Source: Fimbriimonadia bacterium
GTDB taxonomy: Bacteria > Armatimonadota > Fimbriimonadia > Fimbriimonadales > JABRVX01
Assembly: GCA_041483895.1 (NCBI GenBank)
Contig: JBGPGO010000002.1
Location: 160,001 to 224,000 of the forward strand
Direction: 5' to 3'
Length of the DNA stretch: 64,000 nt
Shown here: positions 8,842-19,060 of the stretch, one piece after another
Layout: every line of letters starts with the position of its first letter
How positions within the stretch are numbered: the stretch's first letter is position 1
The notes under the pieces: generated by a model
Databases searched by the model: none
Told to the model about the DNA's origin: nothing
What the model saw: the letters and a program-made list of their open reading frames with translations, nothing else
Position numbers and translations under genes: made by a program

Positions 8842-9324
8842 ATGAAAATAAGCGATCTGATAAGCATGTCGATTGTTAGCATAACAGATGGAGAGAGGAT
8901 GGGCACGGTTAAAGATGTGCTCATCGATACCGGTAAGCTGCGGGCGACGGCGCTGATCCTTGGCGGCAAATCCGGCAAGGGTTTCTTATCGCTCGATCAC
9001 GTCAAGAGTTTCGGCCCTGACGCCATCACGATAGAAGGCGCGGACGCGATCCAATGGTCCACGGGACAACTCCATGACGATAGTGGAAGAGAGGCCGCCG
9101 ACTTGATGAAACTCAGTGTCGTGGACGACTCTGGCACGGAAATCGGAGAGTTGCACGAGATCACAGTCGACCTGCCCAGTGGCAACGTCCTGACATTGAG
9201 CGCGAGGAAGGGTGGCGTCTTCGGAATCGGCGCCGAATTTAGCGATATACCAGTTGAAGAAATAGTAAGTATCGGCGCCTCCCTCATTACCGTCAAACAG
9301 GCGGTCGTCTCCGCTACCGTATAA
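8842..9324 (+). CDS. Tandem PRC-barrel domain protein
   Basis: AAGGAGGT SD; two GxxxGxVxD-type barrels with FGPDAI / IGASLI ends. Confidence 0.88.
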   Translation: MKISDLISMSIVSITDGERMGTVKDVLIDTGKLRATALILGGKSGKGFLSLDHVKSFGPDAITIEGADAIQWSTGQLHDDSGREAADLMKLSVVDDSGTEIGELHEITVDLPSGNVLTLSARKGGVFGIGAEFSDIPVEEIVSIGASLITVKQAVVSATV

Positions 9325-9336
9325 GGAGGTCAACAA

Positions 9337-9492
9337 ATGTTAGAAGCTATTATCGTGATTCTCGTCATCCTTTGGCTGCTCGGGTTTTTTGCCATGCATA
9401 TCACGAGTGGAATGATCCATGTGCTGTTGGTGGTTGCGCTCGTTGTGTTCATCGCCCGCATGCTGGGCTCCCGAAGGTCGATAGAGGACTGA
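9337..9492 (+). CDS. lmo0937 family (DUF5670) small membrane protein, absent from ORF track
   Basis: TAAGGAGGT SD; MLEAIIVILVILWLLGF...GMIHVLLVVALVV. Confidence 0.9.
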   Translation: MLEAIIVILVILWLLGFFAMHITSGMIHVLLVVALVVFIARMLGSRRSIED

Positions 9493-9522
9493 GGGCTCCA
9501 ATCGCAACGCCAAAACGCAAGT

Positions 9523-9550
9523 TCCCCCCGCATTGAACCCGCGGGGATTT
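9523..9550 (+). terminator. Putative intrinsic terminator
   Basis: CCCCGC/GCGGGG hairpin followed by ATTT. Confidence 0.5.
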
Positions 9551-9840
9551 GTAATGTTTCAACAATCACATTGTTGAGGCGGGTTGTTGCAGTAACCTCC
9601 GTTTCGGCGGGAACTTGGGGCGCTCGATAATTGAGCCCGGCTTTGTTCACGCCTGCCGAACTTCGTGGCGGTTGCAACGTTCACTAGCCCTCAACAATGT
9701 GATTGTTGAGGCATTACAAGTCCGCCGTCCGGGTCCTGGGGCCCGCATGCGTAGCCTGTCCGCGCTACCGGCGGGGAGTTCTGTCGCTGGCCGAGGTGGC
9801 TGCCAGGCGCCCTCAACAGGAGGACCTGTTGAGGGATGGA
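9551..9840. repeat. Composite palindromic element C
   Basis: Three hairpins (TCAACAAT-CAC-ATTGTTGA, CTCAACAAT-GTG-ATTGTTGAG, CTCAACAGG-AGGA-CCTGTTGAG) plus the shared core. Confidence 0.9.
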
Positions 9841-9926
9841 TGGAAAAGCGGGGTATATTACACTCGTATTGGAGCCCAACGATCTTGGGCTTTATGCTAC
9901 GAATCTAGTCAAAAGGGAGAACATCT

Positions 9927-10361
9927 GTGAAAAAATTCATCGCACTGACGGCGCTTTTCGTCGTAGTGGTCTCCGGCGCGTTCGCCGGTGGATTGTCCTA
10001 TGGCAAAGGCACATTCGTCACGACAAACGGACTTAAGGGGACCTTCGATTTCTGGTTTACATCGAGTCCGGCCTTCATGAGTCGATTTAAGGTTGGCGTC
10101 GACTTTGGAACAAACCCGCCTGGGGTCTACTACTTCAACGGTTCGTGGATGCTGGGCGCCACATGCAAAGCCGTCCCATTGGAGTCAGGCATCGAAGCAA
10201 AGGGATTGTGGAACGGTCAGTTCACGGATGGATGCCTCCACGCCTTCAAAGTGCTTGGCGGAACGATTCTGGATTTCGATGTGTTCGATGCACTCGGGTA
10301 TCTGATAACGGAGCAGATCGGCTGGGTGACGAGCGGGAACGTTACCATCATTTGCAGATAA
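9927..10361 (+). CDS. Secreted hypothetical protein
   Basis: GGGAGA SD, GTG start, signal peptide MKKFIALTALFVVVVSGAFA. Confidence 0.8.
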   Translation: MKKFIALTALFVVVVSGAFAGGLSYGKGTFVTTNGLKGTFDFWFTSSPAFMSRFKVGVDFGTNPPGVYYFNGSWMLGATCKAVPLESGIEAKGLWNGQFTDGCLHAFKVLGGTILDFDVFDALGYLITEQIGWVTSGNVTIICR

Positions 10362-10381
10362 GCGCGCAGCGCAGTTTTGTT

Positions 10382-10651
10382 AATCCCCCAACAATGTGAT
10401 TGTTGGGGGATTTCAGGGCCCGCATGCGTGGCCTGTCCGCGCTACCGGCGGGGATTTCTGTCGCTGACCGAGGTGGCTGCCATGCGCCCTCAACAGGAGA
10501 CCACAAGACAGGTTGCGCGGGGTGGGAAGCCCCGGCGCGTCTGGGGCGGCGCGGGGGTCCGTGGGCGGGGGCCGATTCCTCCCAAGCTCGGAATGGCACT
10601 TCTGCCAAACGGCGGCCCTGTTGCTTCAGCAGGAGGACCTGCTGAAGCATT
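10382..10651. repeat. Composite palindromic element D
   Basis: Hairpins ATCCCCCAACAAT-GTG-ATTGTTGGGGGAT and TGCTTCAGCAGG-AGGA-CCTGCTGAAGCA around the shared core. Confidence 0.88.
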
Positions 10652-10724
10652 CGACTTGCAATTCAGCCAAATGGCTGATATCATTGAGACTGTCATCGGC
10701 CTTGCAGGTTTGGAGGATGAGCGA

Positions 10725-12299
10725 ATGGTCCGCAGTTTCTTGACTGTAGTCACCGTATCCGTCATTGTCTTCTCGTCAGTTGCAGCACAATACGAACTTA
10801 TCAGCGGAACCCCGGGCGGCGTGGCGGGTAACGGTCCCTCTAAAAGGGCCTGTCTGAGCGCCGACGGACGATACGTCGCGTTCGACAGCGACGCATCAGA
10901 TTTGGTCGCAAACGATACAAACAACCGCACGGACGTTTTTGTCCGCGATCGGTTATTGAATGTGACCGTTCGGGCTTCTACCGCGAGTAATGGTGCGCAA
11001 GCGAGTGGGGCGTCATATGCGCCAAGAATCTCGGACGATGGCCGGTTCATATTATTCATAACGTTTGCATCCAATCTCGTCGAAGGCGGGGCGGTACCAG
11101 CATTGTGCATGAAAGATCGAGTAACCGGCAATCTGAAGTACGTAACCTCAGGTATGGCGTACGACCTAAGTCAATTCTCTGGCGCGCCAAGCTACACGCT
11201 TTCACGTGACGGCAGGTACGTTGTCTATCAAATCTCAGCAACCGCAGAACTATATCGCTGGGACCGGACCAATTCGGAGACAATTCTGGTCTTGCCTACT
11301 CCAGGGAATGTCCGCGGCCAGCCCGGGATATCTTCTGACGGACGGTATGTCATTTGGAGTTTAGACGAAAGCGTAATATTTCGCTTTGACTGCATTGCAG
11401 GGAATTGGCTAAAAGTTACCGATCACGGGAGCTATGCATCAATGTCGGCCTCAGGGGGTACGATTTATTTCATCACATCCAGTCCAATCGATGGAACTGA
11501 CACAAATGGGAAGCCGGACGTCTACCGCTGGCAGGCTTCTTCAGGCCTCATTGACCGCATCTCGCTTGCTTCGGATGGCGCCCAGACTTCTGGAGACTTC
11601 AGAGCGTGCGCGGTGGATACGGAAGGCCGATGCGTTGTCTATGGTCATTGGTTCGATTTTGGGACGGTTAGTCATATCGACAGTGTCGTGCTTCGAGATA
11701 CGGCGACATACGACACGCTGCAATATCCAGATACTGGTTCGTATGTTGCTCATCCAGATATCTCCGCTGATGGCATGTCGATCGCCTTCGAAATCTCGAG
11801 CTCTCTGACCGCTCTGGATACAAACAGCGATTGGGATGTATATGTGACCACTTACGCACATCCTGCGATTCAGAGCGCGAGTGGCCTGATCGACTGGCAA
11901 TTCCTTCGTGGACCATCACCGAACCAGATCTCAATCGATCTCCGTAGGCCAAATGTTGCGTACCCAATGGCGACGCTCTCGGTCGACGCCGGGTCCGATG
12001 GCAGTTTCTCTATCCCCGTTCCACCGACAATGTTTGACATATCCATCCGCCACGAGAGTTGGGTACTGCGTACGATTAAGGGCCTGGATGCGACTTCGGC
12101 CCCCGTCGTCGACGTGCAGGTGAACCTGGTCAATGGCGACGCAAATCGCGACAACGTTGTCGATCTTTTCGATTTGAGCTTTATGTTCATCACGTTCGGC
12201 CAGACATCCCAACCATCGGACGTAAACCTTGACGGCGTCGTGGATCTTCGAGATATCACAGTCGTATTCCTTAACTTTGGAGCGGTCGGGGATACCTAA
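10725..12299 (+). CDS. Secreted TolB-like (PD40) beta-propeller protein with dockerin-like tail
   Basis: GGAGG SD; SADGRYVAF/DTN..DVF repeats; NGDANRDNVVDLFDL...DVNLDGVVDLRDI. Confidence 0.88.
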   Translation: MVRSFLTVVTVSVIVFSSVAAQYELISGTPGGVAGNGPSKRACLSADGRYVAFDSDASDLVANDTNNRTDVFVRDRLLNVTVRASTASNGAQASGASYAPRISDDGRFILFITFASNLVEGGAVPALCMKDRVTGNLKYVTSGMAYDLSQFSGAPSYTLSRDGRYVVYQISATAELYRWDRTNSETILVLPTPGNVRGQPGISSDGRYVIWSLDESVIFRFDCIAGNWLKVTDHGSYASMSASGGTIYFITSSPIDGTDTNGKPDVYRWQASSGLIDRISLASDGAQTSGDFRACAVDTEGRCVVYGHWFDFGTVSHIDSVVLRDTATYDTLQYPDTGSYVAHPDISADGMSIAFEISSSLTALDTNSDWDVYVTTYAHPAIQSASGLIDWQFLRGPSPNQISIDLRRPNVAYPMATLSVDAGSDGSFSIPVPPTMFDISIRHESWVLRTIKGLDATSAPVVDVQVNLVNGDANRDNVVDLFDLSFMFITFGQTSQPSDVNLDGVVDLRDITVVFLNFGAVGDT

Positions 12300-12403
12300 A
12301 TCGTATATCGGTCACACAGGAAGGTTGAATTGCAATGCCCCGCGAATCAAGTTCGTGAAGCCAAATACCGCCTCCGCAACGTGGTTGCGAAGTCATTCGG
12401 AGT

Positions 12404-13882
12404 CTAACCGGGTTGGTCTTTGAGATCCGGGTATGTCTCGAGAATATTTCGTCGTAATGCGTCGATGATTACCCGAACAGGGTCCGAAACAAAGATCCAT
12501 TCATCAATTGTCGCTAGTATTCTCTTGGCCTGTTCGCGAGTCGAGTTTGGGCATTCAGCAAGGATCGCAGCTATTTGAGACACGACATCTTCATCCGCGG
12601 CGCTCTCGATGGCAGCGACTAGCGATTCGCGCATACTATCTGATGTTCTCGGATTTCGTGCCAGCGCGCGCGCGATGGCGAATGCAAGTTGCTGCGGTTT
12701 TTCAAGCGTGCCGGGCAGAGCTTGACTCTTGCCAAGGAATCCATAGGGCGCAGCCCCGATCTTGACTGAAACGACCAGCTTATCTCGTCCGAGCGCTATG
12801 CCTGTCTCTTGATCCGTCCAGTTGCTGCCATGAAAGTCAGCAGTAATGAGAGCCACAAGCGCCTCTGCTGTCCTAAGCGCCGCCCAGATTTCGTCTTGCC
12901 ACTCCTTCGTCGGTTCTATGTCCACGTGGGCGACAAATCCGGATATGCCGACCTTGCTCAGCTCGCATCGTAACTCGGAAACCTGTTTCTTGTGTGAGGC
13001 TACGTGGCTGATAAAGAGACGAAAGCCGGGAAATCCCCAAACGCTCAGCTCATGTGCAATCATTTCGTTCGACGGTAGAGCCACGCCGCGCCGACGCCAT
13101 CCTGCTGGCGCAACGAGAGCCGGTTGGATCACGACCTGAGTTATTGCATGGCTTGGAAACTGCTGAAGGAACTCTTGCGTGGTTGTCAGTATTGTCTTGC
13201 CTAGCTCATCGACTTCATTCCGAATCGAAGCGTAAAGATCGGTGGGAATCTGTAATATGAGCAGGTACCACCAACTGCCTCCGTCCCAGCTATCTGATCC
13301 AGAGAGCTGAATTTGGCCAAGCGACGCACTTAAGACTTCGCTTAGGCGAAGATTCCCCGTTTGGAGAAAGAAATTCGCTAGGGTCGCAATCAGTGATTCC
13401 GGATTTCTGGTGAGGTCGTCAAAGTTCGATACGGTAAACCGTGGCTGTTCAATCGCCGAGTCGATCTGTGTATACGTGTAAATTGGCCGACCCGCGATCA
13501 ACTTGCCTGGAACCAATTTCCAGCCTTCGTATGCAAGGTATTCATTTCCAAGGTGGACAAGGCGGTCTCCCTCATCCTGATCCTTGCGTACAACTGGATG
13601 GACCACTTCGCATAAAAAATCCAGAAATACCTCGTCCGGCCCAGACATCAACTCAAATCGACCATCATCATAAACCCAGTCGTCGGGCCAATCGCTGTTG
13701 AGGTCTCTATGTTGGCGTATGTCGCCTTCGGCGTTCGAGAATCGGGGGTCGTTAGAAGGAAGTTGGGTCAGATCGTAGAGTCGCGAAAGAAAGCCCGCCT
13801 CTTCTAGCGTGCCCCACCATCTGATGTGTTGAACTCGAAGTTCGTCAAAGATGTCACGCCGGGTCTTCCGTGAAATGCTCAT
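12404..13882 (-). CDS. AbiJ-NTD3 / TIR domain fusion, putative anti-phage protein
   Basis: FLSRLYDLTQLPSNDPRF...DIRQHR...DWPDDWVYDDGRF...FLCEVVHPVVR (AbiJ_NTD3); LFISH...FVAH.DIEP...SNWTDQE (TIR_2). Confidence 0.85.
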   Translation of the reverse strand: MSISRKTRRDIFDELRVQHIRWWGTLEEAGFLSRLYDLTQLPSNDPRFSNAEGDIRQHRDLNSDWPDDWVYDDGRFELMSGPDEVFLDFLCEVVHPVVRKDQDEGDRLVHLGNEYLAYEGWKLVPGKLIAGRPIYTYTQIDSAIEQPRFTVSNFDDLTRNPESLIATLANFFLQTGNLRLSEVLSASLGQIQLSGSDSWDGGSWWYLLILQIPTDLYASIRNEVDELGKTILTTTQEFLQQFPSHAITQVVIQPALVAPAGWRRRGVALPSNEMIAHELSVWGFPGFRLFISHVASHKKQVSELRCELSKVGISGFVAHVDIEPTKEWQDEIWAALRTAEALVALITADFHGSNWTDQETGIALGRDKLVVSVKIGAAPYGFLGKSQALPGTLEKPQQLAFAIARALARNPRTSDSMRESLVAAIESAADEDVVSQIAAILAECPNSTREQAKRILATIDEWIFVSDPVRVIIDALRRNILETYPDLKDQPG

Positions 13883-13896
13883 TAAGATAATTTCGA

Positions 13897-13918
13897 GGGA
13901 CCCGCCGGGGCGGGTCCC
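13897..13918 (-). terminator. Hairpin downstream of groEL (weak U-tract)
   Basis: GGGACCCGCC/GGCGGGTCCC. Confidence 0.55.
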
Positions 13919-13933
13919 GTCAATCTGCTTTGA

Positions 13934-15607
<1,674 letters not shown>

Positions 15608-15895
15608 TTATGCGTGGATTGCGTAAATCTGGTCTTCGTCCAGGATGGTGTACTCTTTGCCTTCGACGTGCACTTCGGTGCCGCCGTATTTGCTGAATAT
15701 CACCTTATCTTTGACTTTGACGGACATGGTGGCTCTGTCGCCGTTTTCGAGCATCTTGCCGGGTCCGATGGCGACGACGACGCCCTCTTGGGGCTTTTTC
15801 TGCGCCGAGTCGGGCAGGAGGATGCCGCCGGAGGTTTTGTCCTCGCTTTCGAGCACTTCGATAACCACCTTGTCGCCGAGGGGTTTTAGGGTCAT
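15608..15895 (-). CDS. groS: Co-chaperonin GroES
   Basis: [17 protein letters not shown]...[18 protein letters not shown]...FSKYGGTEV. Confidence 0.98.
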   Translation of the reverse strand: MTLKPLGDKVVIEVLESEDKTSGGILLPDSAQKKPQEGVVVAIGPGKMLENGDRATMSVKVKDKVIFSKYGGTEVHVEGKEYTILDEDQIYAIHA

Positions 15896-15918
15896 GTGCG
15901 CTTCTCCTTTGAAGTTTC

Positions 15919-15945
15919 TTGGCACTCTTAGGTCGGGAGTGCCAA
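15919..15945. promoter_or_regulatory. CIRCE element (HrcA operator) 1
   Basis: TTGGCACTC-N9-GAGTGCCAA. Confidence 0.93.
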
Positions 15946-15987
15946 GGTTGGTTGTACCCTTTTGGGGGCGGGGGTTGTCAAGGGGTT

Positions 15988-16014
15988 TTGGCACTTTCGG
16001 GTCTTGAGTGCCAA
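15988..16014. promoter_or_regulatory. CIRCE element (HrcA operator) 2
   Basis: TTGGCACTT-N9-GAGTGCCAA; a TTGACA -35 box lies between the two CIRCEs (15981-15976). Confidence 0.88.
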
Positions 16015-16158
16015 GGTTTTGGGGTCTTTGCGCTGGGGTCTGGGTTGTTCGCATCCGGCAACAAGTTCTCCTCTCGATGGACGAATATCCTGATTTGGTA
16101 GCACCCATTTCAAAGCCGTTCCTGTATAATGTGTTCATTGCTTGGAGAAATCAATACG

Positions 16159-18714
16159 ATGCGAACTTTGGCATTCTGCATATTTCTTTCGATTATTGCG
16201 AATAGTGACGGCCAGCTGCAGCCCGGCAGCCCGTGGCCGATGGCGAATCACGATGCCCAGAACACGGGATTCGCCGATAAGGCTGTCGTCAATCAATCGC
16301 TTGGATATTTCTTTTATCCGAGCAGTGGCTCAGCAGTCATCGACATTGACGGAAGCATAATTGTAAATGGATACCGCCATTTGATGTCAATTTCTGGAGA
16401 TGGGTCCACAAGATGGTCTGTCGAGCTGCAGTTTTACGTTTCGCCGCCGGTCATTTCAGCCGGCGGCGCGATTTATGTTGCAGGCTACCCCGGCCGTCTC
16501 TTGGCATTCGATCGAGCAGGACAATCCATTTGGACCTTCCAGGCAGGCGATGAGATTCCATATTCGCCCGCGATTGGCGTTGATGGGAGAATCTACTTTG
16601 CCGCCAGTGATGGCAAGGCATACTGTGTAAATCCTGATGGCACTCTATCGTGGTCGGTTGATATAGGGGGCTTTCCTGGCGGAGCATGCAGTATCGATGA
16701 CCAGGGCGTCTTATACTTTCCCCTGCAGAACGGCGTACTTGTTGCAGTTACACCTGCAGGCGCAATCTCATGGTCTCTGCAGACACCCAGCGATATTTCC
16801 ATTAGTACTGCAATTCGACACGATGGCGCCTTAATTGTTGCGGGAAGACAAGATTACGGAAAGAGTGGTTTTTTGGCGGCCATTCGCCCCGATGGCAATG
16901 TGATTTGGCAGAACACGGTGACCCATAGCTCGGCGACCTTGATGATTGGGCCTGACGACACGATTTACAGTTCTGGTGGCTCGTTTCTTTATGCATACGA
17001 CACCGCCGGACATCTGAAATGGTCAGTGAGTGTTGGCCTCGGCCCAATTGCGCTTCGGCTAGGGCCGCGCGGAAGAATCTACTGTGGTCCTTGGCTTTTG
17101 GATTCTGATGGACGATTGATCGGGCACGGTGCGATGTCTAAGGGCGCTGACTTCGTTACTGCGGACGGATCTCTGTCTGACGGCCGGGGCCTTTGGCATC
17201 AAAGAGGAGATGTTACTTGGTCCTCCTCGTCTGTTGTGCCGACAATATCCGGCGCCTTGGGAAGGAACGGAAGACTCTACTGCACTACTGCCGACAACAA
17301 CCTTACGGCGCTCGATGCAGACAACCGGATCTTATGGCAGACGAAATTGGTCGCGCCCCGATCTGTGTGGGTAGGCGCCGATGACACAGCCTATGTATTC
17401 GGTATGAATCGAGTAGGTGTGACGGCGGTCGACGACACGGGAAAAGTACGATGGAAGTTTAACAATGGGGTTTCGTTGACATACCTTGCTGGATTGTCCA
17501 ATGGCACCTCCATCTTCTCTGATCATAACCACATCTACGCGGAATCCCTTTCTGGCACAGCTTTGTATACTTTCAGTTTTAGTCCGAATGACGCCGGCGC
17601 CGTTCTCGGGGAGGACGGCCTTTTGTACGTTTGTCCAACGGACGGCCGGTGGATTGCCATTCGTCCCGAAGATGGAAGTATCTTGAGCACGTTGACGTTT
17701 CCCGCGCCAATTAGCGCGGGAAACGTTCTTCGTGACGGCTCAAGTTATCTGACCTCCCGCTCGGGAACCCTGTACCATCTGGAATCGGATCAGAGTGTTG
17801 GTTGGCAAATCGATCTTGCGCCCGGGCTCGAGCCGCAGGTTGCTCCTGACGGCACCATTTACTTGGTAGCTCCTCATAGTTCGAATCCAGCCGATTTATA
17901 CTGTATAAACGCGGACGGTAGCCTCCGCTGGGAAACGACGATCCCCCAAGAGGTGGAGGTACCTCCTCTCATCGCGCCAGATGGTACCGTTTACGTATGG
18001 ACGCGCTATACCGGCGGGTCTTATAGCTCGCTTTTGTATTCATTCAAGCCTGATGGGACCCCTATTTTGGTCGATTGGCGCATTTCGCCCTCCGCTACGT
18101 TCGGGTTTGATGAAGGGCTTCTCGTGCTATTTGATCAGTCAGGAAATCTGATCGGACTAAGACCTGATGGAGCAGCTGAGTGGGCGATAGGCACCGCAGG
18201 AACGTCGGCTAGCTGGATCGGAAGACGACACGGCAATTTCACGGCATGCGCCAGTTTCTCCGGAATCTACGAATTTCGGCCGTGGACAAGGCATGTGACG
18301 GGTCAGGTAGGTCGGGAGAATCTGACTGGATTGCCTGGCTGGGAGACATTGCAAATGACCCTTCACGAACACTCTAGACTAGGCCCGCCGTTGGAATTCA
18401 CGCACGCCCTGTCGCCAGAAGGGTCATTCGATGCTTGGGTACCACCTTCCGTTTTCGACCTTACAGCGAAGACCACGAATTGGCTCGCGAAAAGGATAGA
18501 CAATCTTGACACGAAGACCGATGACAGGAGCGGGGTTCAGTACCCTTTGGCCAATGGGGACGCCAACTTCGACAATGCAGTTAATATCAAGGACTTAAAC
18601 TCCATCTTCGTCGCGTTCGGGACATCAGACGCGGACATTGATCGGGATGGAGCGACTGACTTGGCCGATTTAACGATCATTGTTGCGAACTTTGGACTCA
18701 TTGGTGACGATTGA
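16159..18714 (+). CDS. Secreted PQQ-like beta-propeller repeat protein with dockerin-like tail
   Basis: Signal peptide, SPWPM..HDAQNTG, repeated SPAIGxDGxIY/DGxLxW blades; NGDANFDNAVNIKDL...DIDRDGATDLADL. Confidence 0.88.
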   Translation: MRTLAFCIFLSIIANSDGQLQPGSPWPMANHDAQNTGFADKAVVNQSLGYFFYPSSGSAVIDIDGSIIVNGYRHLMSISGDGSTRWSVELQFYVSPPVISAGGAIYVAGYPGRLLAFDRAGQSIWTFQAGDEIPYSPAIGVDGRIYFAASDGKAYCVNPDGTLSWSVDIGGFPGGACSIDDQGVLYFPLQNGVLVAVTPAGAISWSLQTPSDISISTAIRHDGALIVAGRQDYGKSGFLAAIRPDGNVIWQNTVTHSSATLMIGPDDTIYSSGGSFLYAYDTAGHLKWSVSVGLGPIALRLGPRGRIYCGPWLLDSDGRLIGHGAMSKGADFVTADGSLSDGRGLWHQRGDVTWSSSSVVPTISGALGRNGRLYCTTADNNLTALDADNRILWQTKLVAPRSVWVGADDTAYVFGMNRVGVTAVDDTGKVRWKFNNGVSLTYLAGLSNGTSIFSDHNHIYAESLSGTALYTFSFSPNDAGAVLGEDGLLYVCPTDGRWIAIRPEDGSILSTLTFPAPISAGNVLRDGSSYLTSRSGTLYHLESDQSVGWQIDLAPGLEPQVAPDGTIYLVAPHSSNPADLYCINADGSLRWETTIPQEVEVPPLIAPDGTVYVWTRYTGGSYSSLLYSFKPDGTPILVDWRISPSATFGFDEGLLVLFDQSGNLIGLRPDGAAEWAIGTAGTSASWIGRRHGNFTACASFSGIYEFRPWTRHVTGQVGRENLTGLPGWETLQMTLHEHSRLGPPLEFTHALSPEGSFDAWVPPSVFDLTAKTTNWLAKRIDNLDTKTDDRSGVQYPLANGDANFDNAVNIKDLNSIFVAFGTSDADIDRDGATDLADLTIIVANFGLIGDD

Positions 18715-19060
18715 GCGTCTTTGCACGGTGACATTCATCCCACCGGGGCATGTCAACCGAGCTAACTTTCGCCGACACCCGACGGCGAAAGGATTCCCCT
18801 TTGCTTCATCCCTCCAGAAAAGTGTGGGTTAGCACTGGGTGTATTAGGATTTCACCCCTCAACTAGTTCTCCATACGCCGACAAGACTTGGTTTACACTT
18901 CTGACAGGACATCGTTGACACTTTCGACAAAGGAAAAGGATGCCATTTCGGGAAGTGCTGAGTACCAGGTGGCGCGTTGCAACGCCTAAACAATCAAATT
19001 GTGGAGGTGCCCGGAGGGTACAATCCTGATCCGGTCCGATGAGGCCGTCAGGAGCAAGCA

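Noticed and set aside
7143..10651. Canonical integron or CRISPR
   Set aside because: No integrase, no clear RYYYAAC/GTTRRRY attC ends, mixed gene orientations and irregular spacing.
10377..10724. Long N-terminal ORF extensions (also at 3070, 4931, 15608, 26420, 28643, 42106)
   Set aside because: They run through repeats, promoters or neighbouring genes; homology and SD/-10 signals support later starts.
12319..12337. AGGAAGGTTGAATTGCAATG resembling the start region of gene 3824
   Set aside because: Followed by a 7-codon ORF only; a similar string occurs at 20421, so it is probably a generic SD-like context.
16015..16050. TTGGGGTCTTTG match to the moaE element upstream of groES
   Set aside because: Too short and lacks the partner arm.
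18715..19060. Cobalamin riboswitch or CIRCE upstream of mtaB
   Set aside because: No recognisable B12-box arrangement; only an isolated TTAGCACT half-site.
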